Origin: Octopus sinensis
Lineage: Eukaryota
Reading direction: 5' to 3'
Assembly: GCF_006345805.1 (NCBI RefSeq)
Contig: NC_043009.1
Location: 49,662,001 to 49,726,000, forward strand
DNA: 64,000 nt
Positions within the stretch are counted from its first letter, which is position 1. Every line of letters starts with the position of its first letter. Below the pieces are notes generated by a model that had not been told where the DNA came from, ran no database searches, and saw only the letters and a program-made list of their open reading frames with translations. Below, one piece after another: positions 26,396 through 38,300 of this stretch. The position numbers and the translations under genes were made by a program.

Positions 26396-26800
26396 GGCGC
26401 AGGAGTGGCTGTGTGGTAAGTAGCTTGCTAACCAACCACATGGTTCCGGGTTCAGTCCCACTGCGTGGCACCTTGGGCAAGTGTCTTCTACTATAGCCTC
26501 GGGCCGACCAATGCCTTGTGAGTGGATTTGGTAGACGGAAACTGAAAGAAGCCTGTCGTATATATGTATATGTATATATATGTTTGTGTGTGTCTGTGTT
26601 TGTCCCCCTAGCATTGCTTGACAACCGATGCTGGTGTGTTTACGTCCCTGTCACTTAGCGGTTCGGCAAAAGAGACCGATAGAATAAGCACTGGGCTTAC
26701 AAAAAGAATAAGTCCTGGGTTCGAGTTACTCGATTAAAGGCGGTGTTCCAGCATGGCCACAGTCAAATGACTGAAACAAGTAAAAGAGTAAAAGAGAGAG
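26396..26800 (+). mobile_element. SINE family A, full length
   Basis: Head to tail match with the 9689 copy. Confidence 0.95.
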
Positions 26801-27059
26801 TAGAGAATGATATGGTAGTTAACTGAAGATCGCAGGCAGGCCAAGATTAGATGTGAACTGTACCCGGAAAAAAAAAACAGAGGGACTTGTATATAGTTTG
26901 TAGAGAACCCATTAAACGTGTCTACATGAAGAACTATCAAACAAGGCGAATAAGTACTGGAGGCGGGGGGGAATGAGAGAAATAAAACAAGATCCTTCTA
27001 AAACTCTCAGTATGGTATTCAGTAGATCAGTATAGCACCTCGCTCTGAGTTCAAATACC

Positions 27060-27292
27060 TATTTCTTTATTACCCACAAGGGTCTAAACATAGAGGGGAC
27101 AAACAAGGACAGACATAGGTATTAAGTCGATTAATTCGACCCCAGTGCGTAACTGGTACTTAATTTATCGATCCCGTAAGGATGAAAGGCAAAGTCGACC
27201 TCGGCGGAATTTGAACTCAACGTAATGACACACGAAATACGGCTACGCATTTCGCCCGGCATGCTAACGTTTCTGCCAGCTCGCCACCTTTA
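27060..27292 (-). mobile_element. SINE family B, full length, 16-bp TSD
   Basis: TCTGAGTTCAAATACC at 27044-27059 and 27293-27308 flanks the element. Confidence 0.95.
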
Positions 27293-28247
27293 TCTGAGTT
27301 CAAATACCAGGGAAGGGGTAAGGGGACGGAATAAACCTTTTTCTCTCCATTTTGTCGATATTGGACAATAATAATGAAATGAAATAAAATAAAATAAAAT
27401 AAGCCAGTAAGTAATGTAGCTAAGGTTTCATTCAAATCGTCTACTGAACAAAAATTAGCCGAAAATCTAAGTCCAAGGAAATAGTTATCAATCGGCAGTA
27501 AATTCTCAGTGAACGGAATTCGTTCAGTCTAGTTTCGATCTCAAATTAGAACCCCTCCACCTTTTCTCACCACGTCATTAATGCCCTCCTGGAAGAGCAC
27601 GAGTATCACTGCTCTTATTACCCTCTCAACAAACGAAAGCAAAAAAAGAACAAAGGAACAAAATTCCGAATCTCAAGCACTATCAATGCCTTTATCAGAA
27701 ACCATTAATTATCCGACAGATTAGAAAGTATGTTGAGAGAGAGAGAGGGGGGGATGGGATGGGGGGGGGAGATCAAGCTTAAGTGAGAAGAACCGATGGT
27801 CAGTCAGTTGACTTGGGCTTAAAATATTCAGCGTCAGCCGAGTCGCATTTAGTGTAATTATAGCGCGAGTAGAGAACAAAAAGTTAATATTGACACAGCA
27901 TGTCTTTGGTGAAACCAGAGGGATCTGGGATAACAAATATATAAATAAATAAATAAACAAATAAAAATAATACAGTCATAGAGCAACACGAGAGGGTGTT
28001 AGCAAAAGCGGGTGGTTTTGCTGGCTGGCTGGCTGGCTGGCTGGTTGTTGTGGTGGTGGTGGTGGTGGCAGTGATGGAGCAAAGGTTTACAGTTTACCGA
28101 ATGTTGTTAACAGCCAAAACCGCTCCTTACGACAAAAGCTTACCGGTTAATTTTTTCATATCGACAAGAAGGTCGAACTACTTTTTTTTCTTTTTACTTG
28201 ATAATTTTTTTCTCTTCCTCCCCAGTGGAAGGAGATGTAGAGACGGT

Positions 28248-28286
<39 letters not shown>

Positions 28287-28633
28287 GGTTAGATGTGGTG
28301 ACGCTATTATTGCGATTATTGATACTTTAAGGGTTTGAGAGAGAGACACAGAGAGAGCAAAAAAAAAGTAACAAAAAAACAAAAAACAAAACAAACACAT
28401 CAGAGGTGTGTGTTTATGTGGTGTGTGTGTGTGTGTGTGTGTGTGTGAGAGTGTTCGCACACGTTGGGGTGGAATTGGGGTAAAGCAACGAAGCGTTACT
28501 ACATATACATTACATTTGTGCGCGTATAAATGCTTGCATACGTATGTAAGTGCACACAGGCGCATGTATGCATTTATGTATGAACGTAGTGCGTGTGTGT
28601 GTATGTGTGTGTGTGTGTGTGTATGTGTGTGTG

Positions 28634-29040
28634 TATGCATTATATTGTACCAATGAATGCATGTGTATGTGCATCTATATTATACAAACATACACACACA
28701 AACACATATTGCACATATGTACACACACATATTACACATGTACACACATTACACATATATATATTACACATATGTATACATGATATTCTTATATTGCACA
28801 TGTACTTATGTAGATATATATATATGTGTGTGTGTGTGTATGTATATGCATTGTATTGTACCAATGAATGCATGTGTATCTATATTATACAAACATACAC
28901 ACTCAAACACATTGCACATATGTACACGCACACATATTACACATGTACACACACACACACATATATATATATATTACACATATGTATACATTATATACTT
29001 ATATTGCAATGTACTTATGTAGATATATATATGTGTGAGT
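28634..29040. repeat. Tandem duplication with ~211-bp period of AT/CA-rich sequence
   Basis: TATGCATT(A/G)TATTGTACCAATGAATGCATGTGTAT starts at 28634 and at 28845, and the downstream blocks are colinear. Confidence 0.85.
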
Positions 29041-29698
29041 GTGTGTGTGTGTGTTGTGTGTGTGTATGTACATATACATTGGGTGTACATATGACTTCGT
29101 ATATATATATATATATATATATATGTGAGTAATACAGGCGTGCGTGTGTGGTGTGTGTGTGTGTGTGTTAAGGGTCTGATAACCGAGTTTAAGAGTAACG
29201 GAGGGTAGAGGGCAGATTAAACTACCGCAGCATCACAACACATACAAACCATGCATTTCAAACCGACATTACTTTTTTTTTTTTTTTCCCCTTCTTCAAG
29301 ATAAAAGCTCTTATTGAGAGTAGGACTGGGTAGTAGTGGTGATGACGGTGGAAGTCGGTGGTGACAAAATTGGATCGAATGTAGAAGAAGAACCCCCACC
29401 AACCACCATATAAATTTCTATCTAGCTCTTATTTATTTTTTTTTATATATATATTTTTTTCATTTTGTGATCATAGTTCTTTAGTTTTTTTTTTGTTTTG
29501 TTTTTTTTCTTCCTGAGATATTTTTTTAGCTGTAACATATAACACACACACACACAAAAAAAAGGCCATTATGCCTTTTAATGCACAGACATCTGTACGT
29601 ACATAGAGAGACACAAGACTACAGAGCAAAACATCGATCCCATCAAAATGTTCGTCTTCTGTACTGTAATGAGCATGCATGCATGTATACGTGCGTAC

Positions 29699-29746
<48 letters not shown>

Positions 29747-29834
29747 ATAGGAGCGGGTTATGTAGTACTTGGTTATGCTTAGAGAGAGGGGTCGGATGCC
29801 AACATGGAAACAATCATACCACACACACACACAC

Positions 29835-29872
<38 letters not shown>

Positions 29873-29969
29873 AAAAGCAAAAAAAAAAGAAAACCCCCTA
29901 AAAAACATCTAGCTAAGATGAAGATATAAAAGGTCAAGAATATAATGTCGGCTGTTTATCAAATGTTAC

Positions 29970-30123
29970 ATATATATGTGTGTGTGTGCGCTTTCATTTA
30001 GACGTAAACATTTACGCGCACATTTTATACACACACACATATATATATGTATATAATGGGCTTGTAAATGTCTATATATGTCGTGTGTCCCACACACACA
30101 TATATATATGTATATATTATATA

Positions 30124-30171
<48 letters not shown>

Positions 30172-30325
30172 TATATGTATATATGTATATAATATACACA
30201 CACACACATATATAATATACATATGTATATATACAAATATATATGTATATATGCACATATTCATACAGACATGTATACACATTTACACGCACATTGTATT
30301 CATATATATATATATATATATATAC
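29970..30325. repeat. Compound (TA)/(CA) microsatellite
   Basis: Seen directly. Confidence 0.95.
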
Positions 30326-30545
30326 TCACAGGCGGGGAGGGAGGAAGAGAGGGAGAGATACATACATACATACATACATACATACATACATGTATATATT
30401 CATACACGCAAACGTTTGTGTATGTACGAAGACATAGAAAGTGATGAGTGGACGTGCAGAAGGAGACACGAAATGAAATATTCATCAACATCTCTAACAT
30501 TGGTCTTAGTTTCTGGGAAAAGACCAACATCTTCCAGCTCATACC

Positions 30546-30782
30546 TATTTCTTTACTACCCACAAGGGGCTAAACACAGAGGGGACAAACAAGGACAGAC
30601 ATAGGTATTAAGTCGATTACATCGACCCCAGTACGTAACTGGTACTTTATTTATCGACCCCGAAACCGAAAGGATGAAAGGCAAAGTCGACCTCGGCGGA
30701 ATTTGAACTCAGAACGTAGCGGCAGACGAAATACCGGAAAGCGTTTCGCCCGGCGTGCTAACGATTCTTGCCAGCTCGCCGC
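30546..30782 (-). mobile_element. SINE family B, full length, 15-bp TSD
   Basis: CTTCCAGCTCATACC at 30531-30545 and 30783-30797. Confidence 0.95.
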
Positions 30783-30850
30783 CTTCCAGCTCATACCGAT
30801 ACCACCATAACCACCACCGACACCATCACCACCAGCAACATGCTATTTAC

Positions 30851-30910
30851 CTGAGCTAAACCAAAGCCGATGGATGAATCAAAAATAACACCAGAAATGA
30901 CAATCAACAT
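30851..30910 (-). CDS. Candidate first coding exon encoding signal-peptide-like MLIVISGVIFDSSIGFGLAQ
   Basis: ATG at 30910, 20 codons, hydrophobic stretch and small residues before Q, phase-0 donor CAG|GTAAAT at 30851/30850; lies just downstream of a motif-rich island. No homolog recognised. Confidence 0.33.
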
Positions 30911-31130
30911 GAGCGCAATCTCAAGTCACATGACAACCTTTCCCCGCCATCTCGTCACCTCTTTGCCAACTGCTCTTCTCGATTCTACATGGTTCTACAT
31001 TCTTCTTCTTCTGCCTTATCGGTTCGAAGGATTCAGTGTCCGTAACGGAAGCGGAACTTGAACTGCGCGACAGGAAAGCTCTACTCACGAGAGGGGAACA
31101 ATGCACTAGAAAATGACTCATGGCAATAAT
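30900..31130 (-). promoter_or_regulatory. CpG-rich promoter / 5' leader-like island
   Basis: YY1-type CCGCCATCT (30944-30952), E-box GTCACATGAC (30925-30934), tandem ETS-like CGGAAGCGGAA (~31045-31056) and AP-1 TGACTCA (31114-31120) within 200 bp of unique CpG-rich sequence. Confidence 0.45.
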
Positions 31131-31299
31131 ATACAGATCGCTGCTCTATATTCGACCAAAATCTCACAAGTTTTATATGATTTTTGCGTTTTCGTTTTGG
31201 GGGGGTTTTCTCCGCCACTTCCAACCTTCCTCCTCATCCGCCTAGTTTTCTTATTAGGAAACACACACACGAGAGAGGCGGCGGGGTTGATCATCATCA

Positions 31300-31330
31300 C
31301 TATTACTATTATTATTATTATTATTATTAT

Positions 31331-31367
<37 letters not shown>

Positions 31368-31718
31368 CGGATATCATCATCATCACCGTCATCATTATTA
31401 ATGTTCTTAGTGATTCGACATCTGCCCCCTCCCCCACCCCACCCCGCCTCCTCCTCCTCCTCCTCTCACTTTCGTTCTTCTCTATCACATCTCCTCCTCC
31501 TCCTCTTCCTCTTCCCCTGCCGTTACCGAAAACCAAATTTTCGACTTCTGATGCGTGACTCGCATGTAATAGCGCAAGAATCAACCGAACTTTTTGTGTA
31601 TTTTTCTTTCTTTTTTTTTCTGCTATTCTTATTTTTATTATTATTATTTCTGTATATTTATTATTGTTCAATAACAACAAGAACAATAGTAACAACGCCA
31701 ATAATAATAATAATAATG

Positions 31719-31751
<33 letters not shown>

Positions 31752-31755
31752 TCAC
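31300..31755. repeat. Trinucleotide repeat blocks (ATT, AGT, TCA, CTC, ATA)
   Basis: Seen directly; these make up most of ORF 31113..31871. Confidence 0.9.
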
Positions 31756-32029
31756 AAATAAATAAAGAGGCTGAGAATTTTTACTTTTTTTTATTTTTAT
31801 TTATTTTTTTTGTGTCAAGCTTTGCCAGTAATTGGAGTCATAACGCTAATATCACTAGACTCCATAATTAACATGCCATATCTACAGCATTCCACCAGTA
31901 TTACTCCCTCCCCCACCACCTATCTACCTACTTACCTACCTACATAGCAACTCCCCCACCACCACCACCACCAAAACTCACATCATCATCCTTTCTCCCT
32001 TTTACACCCATCGGCAGCAACTGATACAT

Positions 32030-32365
32030 ACACACACACACACATACATACATAGGCATAGATACATACATACATACATACATGCACATACATACATGTA
32101 CATACATACATACATACATACAAACATGCATACATACATACATACACACACACATACATACACACACATACATACATACATACACACACACATACATCCA
32201 CACATACATACACACATACATACATACATACATACACACACATACATACACACACACACACACACACATACACACACATACATACACACACACACACATA
32301 CATACATACATACACACATACATACACACATACATACACACACACACACACATACATACATACGG
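32030..32365. repeat. (CATA)n/(CA)n array
   Basis: Seen directly. Confidence 0.95.
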
Positions 32366-32677
32366 CAGAGAAGATGTTTGAAGAGGGGATAGAGACCGCG
32401 TAGTGATGGAAATGCATGAACATAGAATACGGGGAAGCCGCGTACACATGAAAGCGATGGCGAAGGTGGGGTAGATTGGGAAGAAGAAGAAAGGTGATTA
32501 GTGCGAGATAAACCTAAAGAGACGAAGAGACAGAAGATAAAAGTATAAATGAGAGAAAGAGAGAGAGAGAGAACGGGGAGGGAGGGAGGTAGAATGTGTG
32601 TCGATGGATAAATTTTTGAAATTAGTCGAAATTATATATATATAAATACTACTACTACTACAATAATAATAATAATG

Positions 32678-32717
<40 letters not shown>

Positions 32718-33536
32718 TAATAATAATGATAATAATGGTGATGTGGTGGTGGTGGTGGTGGTGGTGAGTGTGTTTCTAGGTGGGGAGAATGAGTGCGTCG
32801 GAAAAGAAAGAAAAGGGTTGGAAACAATGTCTGCTACATTCCTGGAACTCCGTTACATTTTATATATTCTATATGATCAGTCAGTGGGGCTTGTGCGGTC
32901 GGCTCTTCAACTAGCATCTATATGCCTTTTCATACTAATATAATAATAATAATAATATAATAATAATAATAATAATGGTGGTAGTGGTAAATACAAAAAA
33001 CAAACAAACAGATAACGCTACTCCACCTCTCTCATCCCTGTCCGCCGACGCCGTCTATTATCCAGTCTCCCCACCACCACAACTACAACAAAATACACAA
33101 TTTCAATTGCATATTTCCGATATATGATAGTGAAATATGGGATAAAGGAAGTAGAAGAGGAGAATGACAGACAGTTCAGTAGAGTGCAGTACAGAATAAC
33201 CATTTGTTGTTGTTATTGTTATTATCATTATTTATTATATTACAAGAGGGATGCGGTGGTGGTGGTGGAGGTGGTAAGGGTGGTGAGAGTAGTAACGGTA
33301 AAGCACCTTGCGGTATTGAGTTATGTCCCCTTCATGTTCTGTTCTTTTAAATTCCACCGAGATCGTCTTTGCCTTTTTTTTTTTCTTATTTTTATTTTTA
33401 ACCCATCTAATGTAAATATGTATCGCTCAAAATAAATGGGTCGATTTAATCGATTGAAAAATTTTTCTCGAAAATATGTGGCCTTGTACTTATGATAGAA
33501 ATCATCACAATCATCATCATCATCATTACTATTCTT

Positions 33537-33833
33537 TTAGTTAGTTAATTTTTTGGGTCAAAAAGCAAAAAGCAAGGCCATGTAGGGGGACATGGAGTTA
33601 TGTACAGGGTGGTGTTCATGTAAAGAGTTCAGGCCACTTGAGGTCAAGGGAGACTTTGAACCGAGCTGTCGTCGGCATCTTCACCATCTCGTCTGGCAGC
33701 TTATTCCACGGATCCGCAACCCGGACGGAGAAAGCCTCTCTCCTTCGATTGAGATGAAATCGTCGCAGATAGAGCTTTTCGGAATGGAGAGTGGCAGATT
33801 CGGTAGAACAGCAGGTAAAACGTATTACAGCAT
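33537..33833 (-). mobile_element. CR1/L2-superfamily LINE, 5'-truncated 3' end
   Basis: Minus-strand frame HSEKLYLRRFHLNRRREAFSVRVADPWNKLPDEMVKMPTTARFKVSLDLKWPELFT* (TGA at 33618-33616) fits the CR1 ORF2 C-terminal pattern H..KL...R.....R..FFS.RV...WN.LP...V.......FK..LD..W. It is followed by a short 3' UTR and (TAAC)n tail; TTAGTTAATT is repeated at 33541 and 33834. Confidence 0.85.
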
Positions 33834-34106
33834 TTAGTTAATTCTGTTTACAAGCTAAGCTCAATTCCAACGCATTCGACTTGCAATTTCAACCTTATAA
33901 CGACGTTCTCTAAAAATTAACCCTCACTTTGCTCATCCGATTTTGTGACTTTTGTGACCCGACAGTCAGAAGTGTCATGGCATTGAAGGATAACTCGTGA
34001 TTCTACTTCAATCAGTTGTACCTTTTACAAAAGATTGCTTAGGTCCTTAAGAGGAAAGGAGTTACGGCATTCATTATTTTTAAGCAGGGCAACCAACGTC
34101 TTAGAC

Positions 34107-34448
34107 CAGTGGTTCACAACCGGTGTTCATATGGCTCCTGAGGGTCCATATAAAATTGGTGGGAGAGAGACGGGGTCCACGCAACAAAATAATAAATTGG
34201 GGATCTACAATAATATTTTAAGAATTCCTGACAAAATTTTACTTCAAACGAATGTATTGTGAGAAACATTTTACTTAGTACAACCTACAAAATGTGTGAA
34301 AAAAAAAAAAGAAATTTTGAAAAGACTTCCTATAAAATTAGTTTTTAAATATCGATTGCTATTGGGGTCCACCAGAATAAAATATTAATCAAAGGGATCC
34401 ATAGGTAAAAAAATAATAATAATAATAAAAATGGTTGAGAACCCCCTT
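34107..34448 (+). mobile_element. hAT (Charlie-like) MITE
   Basis: TIRs CAGTGGTTCACAACC / GGTTGAGAACCCC; flanks TCTTAGAC / TCTTAGAA (7/8 match to an 8-bp TSD). Confidence 0.8.
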
Positions 34449-34969
34449 TCTTAGAATATGAAATTTCAGATTTGTATAGGCAAAGTTGGATATATGGTTG
34501 TTACATTCATGCTTTAACCAGTATCCATCCAAGACATGATCAGGACGATAGCGACGACGATGATCATCATTAACAAAAATCAATGTAAGCAATTACATAA
34601 TTCTTTAATGATTGAAAACAAAATGAAATGTAGTAACATATAGCGCTGAGGTAGTAACAATGCTTCTTCCACGTGAAAGCTGTACAGCTAGCTACCTAAC
34701 TAACTTGGTAACAATGCCTATTAATTACCATAGTCTTAATTATGACCGGAAGTCAAGTTTTAAATTAACAACTGTCTTGTAACAGTTTTCTACAAACCCG
34801 TTCGAGACATGACCCACCCCCCACTCGCCACCAGTGAAAAGGTTATTTACAGCTAATTCTCAACACCAAAGGAACGAGTAATGGAGACTAAATGGAAATT
34901 AGAAATTAGTCGAAAAGAGCATCATATTTCGAAGATGCTTTTTATTGCCTTATTTGTCTTGTGATAATT

Positions 34970-35322
34970 ACACACACACACACGTATGTATGTATGTATG
35001 TATGTATGTATGTATGTATGTATGTATGTATGTATGTGTGTGTATGTATGTATGTATGTATGTATGTATGTATGTGCGTGTGTGTATGTATGTATGTATG
35101 TATGTATGTATGTGTGTGTGTATGTATGTATGTGTGTATGTATGTATATATGTATGTATGCATGTGTGTGTGTATGTGTGTGTATGTATGTATGTGTGTG
35201 TATGTATGTATGTATATGTGTATATGTATGAATGTATGTATGTTTGTGTGTGTATGTATGTATGTATGTATGTATGTCTGTATGTGTGTATGTATGTGTG
35301 TATGTGTGTGTGTGTGTATGTA
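34970..35322. repeat. (TATG)n/(TG)n array
   Basis: Seen directly. Confidence 0.95.
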
Positions 35323-35490
35323 TTAGGCGCTAGCCGAATGAGATTTAGATTAGTTCAGCCATAATTAGGATAATAGGCTAATTTAGAAGCAATATTATGT
35401 CCTCAATTAATTAAAGAAACTTTATTGCTCTCTTCTATACTAAAAGAAAGTAAAATAGTTCGCACATTACAATTTGTAGAGTTATTAAAA

Positions 35491-35558
<68 letters not shown>

Positions 35559-35963
35559 TGTATATATATATTAGGAGGAGTTGGCAATAAAGTCGACTGA
35601 TTTAACACTAAGAAATATAACAAAAGCTTCTTATTTTATGGTCTAATCGGGATGTGAACTCAAAACAATGAGATACTTGAAGACAGACACCATAAACTAT
35701 CACGTCTTGGTGATCTAGATTCTGTATTAAATTTATACCCTTTCTCTTTCTTTCTAGTTTACACACCCTTTCAAAAGACAAACCAATCTATTTAGTAAGG
35801 TTTATTGAATTTCTTTCATCTATTCAGTTTTTCATATTGATTTTCTGCAAAAACATTCTGGAATCGTGTTTAATTTTCTCCTTCACCCCCCAAAAATGTC
35901 AAAAATACTGTCTGCTTCCACAAGTGCTGTATATTTTGTGTTATGCCCTCCCCCACCGTCCAA

Positions 35964-35997
<34 letters not shown>

Positions 35998-36129
35998 ACA
36001 TTAAAGAAGTAATCCAGTCACCTCTGAATTAAATCTCATTCGTGATATTTAACCGACTCTTCTATATAAGCTTTCTACTTTTCATCTTTGTTTTAGCAAT
36101 CATGGACAAAATCATTCTAGAGCAGTCTT

Positions 36130-36600
36130 CATCTAATTTCATTTTATCATTATAAGTCGATCATCTCTAGGTCATCGTTCTTAAGTAGAACTGTGATCAA
36201 AATAATTCCAGCCATTACCATCACATTATCCAACAGGTTCTTCCTTTGATGCGATCTGTGGGAAATTTGGGCTACTATTTTTAGCAGATCGAGCGAAATC
36301 ATAAAGCAAGCACGAGTAAGCTTTTCAAGTAGAAGATGCATGAGACATGACTCATCATCAGGAGCCGCATTGCTAAAAATATTCAAGATAAATTTTCCTT
36401 AGCATGCCATTTAGAAAAGTCCTGCGGGCCGCAGTTGGTTCATGACCATCATAAAAACGCCCTAGTTTACACGTTATTACTAAGTTCCCAACAAGCTTGC
36501 GCATGAGTGCATATACGCCTTCAGTTTTTTTCTCTCGCCGTTTGGCAACCAGTGTTGCTTTGAGTATGTCCCCAAAATTAGCTGACAAAAACAGGTCCAA
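36130..36600 (-). mobile_element. Possible decayed transposase or other TE coding relic
   Basis: Coding-like composition with overlapping short ORFs and stops; only weak DDE-like resemblance (KFILNIFSNAAP). Family not identifiable. Confidence 0.2.
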
Positions 36601-37530
36601 CAGAATGAAAATCAGACTTAAAAATAAGGGGTCGATTTCGATCGTCTAAGCCCCGTTCAAGCAGTGCTCCAGTGTGACCGCAGTCCAAAGACTTAAAATA
36701 AACGAATGAGTAAAAATAATATAGAAATTTGGTAAAATCTGGACGGTTTCCAATTGACCACACTAAACTGGAAATGTCTACATAAACAAGAGTTTACAGT
36801 TATTGTTTCCTGACAAAACTTTTACCAACAGACTGTGTTTTAAACGATGTCATAAATTTCTCTGAAGCCATTACTTACCATTATTAATGATATTCGAGTT
36901 ATTTAAAAGTTCAAACACTGACTGACTAAGGAAAGTTTCCCATTTATCGGTCTGAAACGGTTATGGCTGACTGCCGTTTTGAACAGACGCATTAAAAGCC
37001 AGCACGCTGGCAAGTGCCAGGTTATCAAGACACTAATTGGATTTTCCGCCCGATAAGTCCAAGGAATATGCCAGCCATTATTATCGAAACATTCCGTCCT
37101 CCATCCACCTCAGGATAGACTTGATCTCATGAAAGTGATGGTTACTAATTTTTGCAAATATATAACGACATAAATATACTCACCCACCCACCCCATCCAT
37201 CCATACATACAAGCGCACCACACAATTAATACATGCATACATACACATTGATGAAAATAGGTTTTTCTCTTATGAATTTCAATGCAGCTCTATTTTCATG
37301 AATCGTAAAATAGATACAACAACAACAATAACAACAACAACAACAACGATAATATTCAGAATGGCTGTCCTTGATCATGTAGGCAAACTAATTTGAATTT
37401 TACACTTTGAATATTCCAACACAAACCAACCAAACCGAATAAGTACAACATAAGATGCAACTAGTAAACTTTTCAAGTCAACCTTAACATTAAGTTTATA
37501 TTCATCTTTTATATTTTTTATTTGTTTATA

Positions 37531-37737
37531 TTTTCACTTTTTCAGTCATCGGACTGCGGCCATGCTGGGGCATCGTTTCGAACGATTTATTTGAACCAAT
37601 CGACTCAGTACTGTTTTAAATCTGGTACATTATTCTGTACCTATTTCGCCGAACCGCTCGCTACCTTTTCAGGGACGTAAACAAACCAAAAACCGGTTGT
37701 GAAACGGTGATACACACACATACAGACAAGAAGCTTC
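37531..37737 (-). mobile_element. Diverged SINE family A-type 3' half
   Basis: CAGTCATCGGACTGCGGCCATGCTGG...GCCGAACCGC...GGGACGTAAAC...CGGTTGT is the reverse complement of the A tail half. Confidence 0.8.
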
Positions 37738-37740
37738 AAT

Positions 37741-37945
37741 GCCCCCCTAGCATTGCTTGACAACCGATGCTGGTGTGTTTACGTCCCCGTCACTTAGCGG
37801 TTCGGCAAAAAGAGACCGATAGAATAAGTACTGGGCTTACAAAAAAGAATAAGTCCCGGGGGTCGATTTGCTCGACTAAAGGTGGTGCTCAAGCATGGCC
37901 TCAGTCAAATGACTGAAACAAGTAAAAGAAAAAAAAAGAGAGAGT
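37741..37945 (+). mobile_element. Young SINE family A 3' half (5' truncated)
   Basis: CCCCTAGCATTGCTTGACAACCGATG through CAGTCAAATGACTGAAACAAGTAAAAG. Confidence 0.9.
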
Positions 37946-37972
37946 AAGTTTCTAAGTCTTTTATGAAATAAG

Positions 37973-38005
<33 letters not shown>

Positions 38006-38300
38006 TTCTACCACAACTTTGTGTACGCAGGTACTTAAGGTGTACGTCTACATATACAAAATATATGGGAAATCTTACATATTCTTTCCCTCACCGATAA
38101 TCAGTACTGACATACCACAACAAAGCATCTTGTTTCGTGAATAGATGACGTAAACGAACATATATGTGTGTGTGTCTATATTCCATGTGCGCGCGCACAC
38201 ACACATATACACACACTTTTATGTAATTATTTATGTAAGATGTGTGTATGTCTCACTACAAAACAATGCAAATACATGTTTATCATCATAATTAGTATTA

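Noticed and set aside
14807-27815. Shared 12-mer TCAGTTGACTTG (Inr-like) at two islands
   Set aside because: Repeated 12-mers are expected by chance in 64 kb.
31113-31871. Longest ORF in the window (252 aa, + strand)
   Set aside because: Made of trinucleotide repeats (poly-I, S, L, P) that happen to avoid stops; no domain-like segment.
34646-34655. TGAGGTAGTA, the let-7 5' end
   Set aside because: Only 10 nt match; the rest diverges and there is no hairpin.
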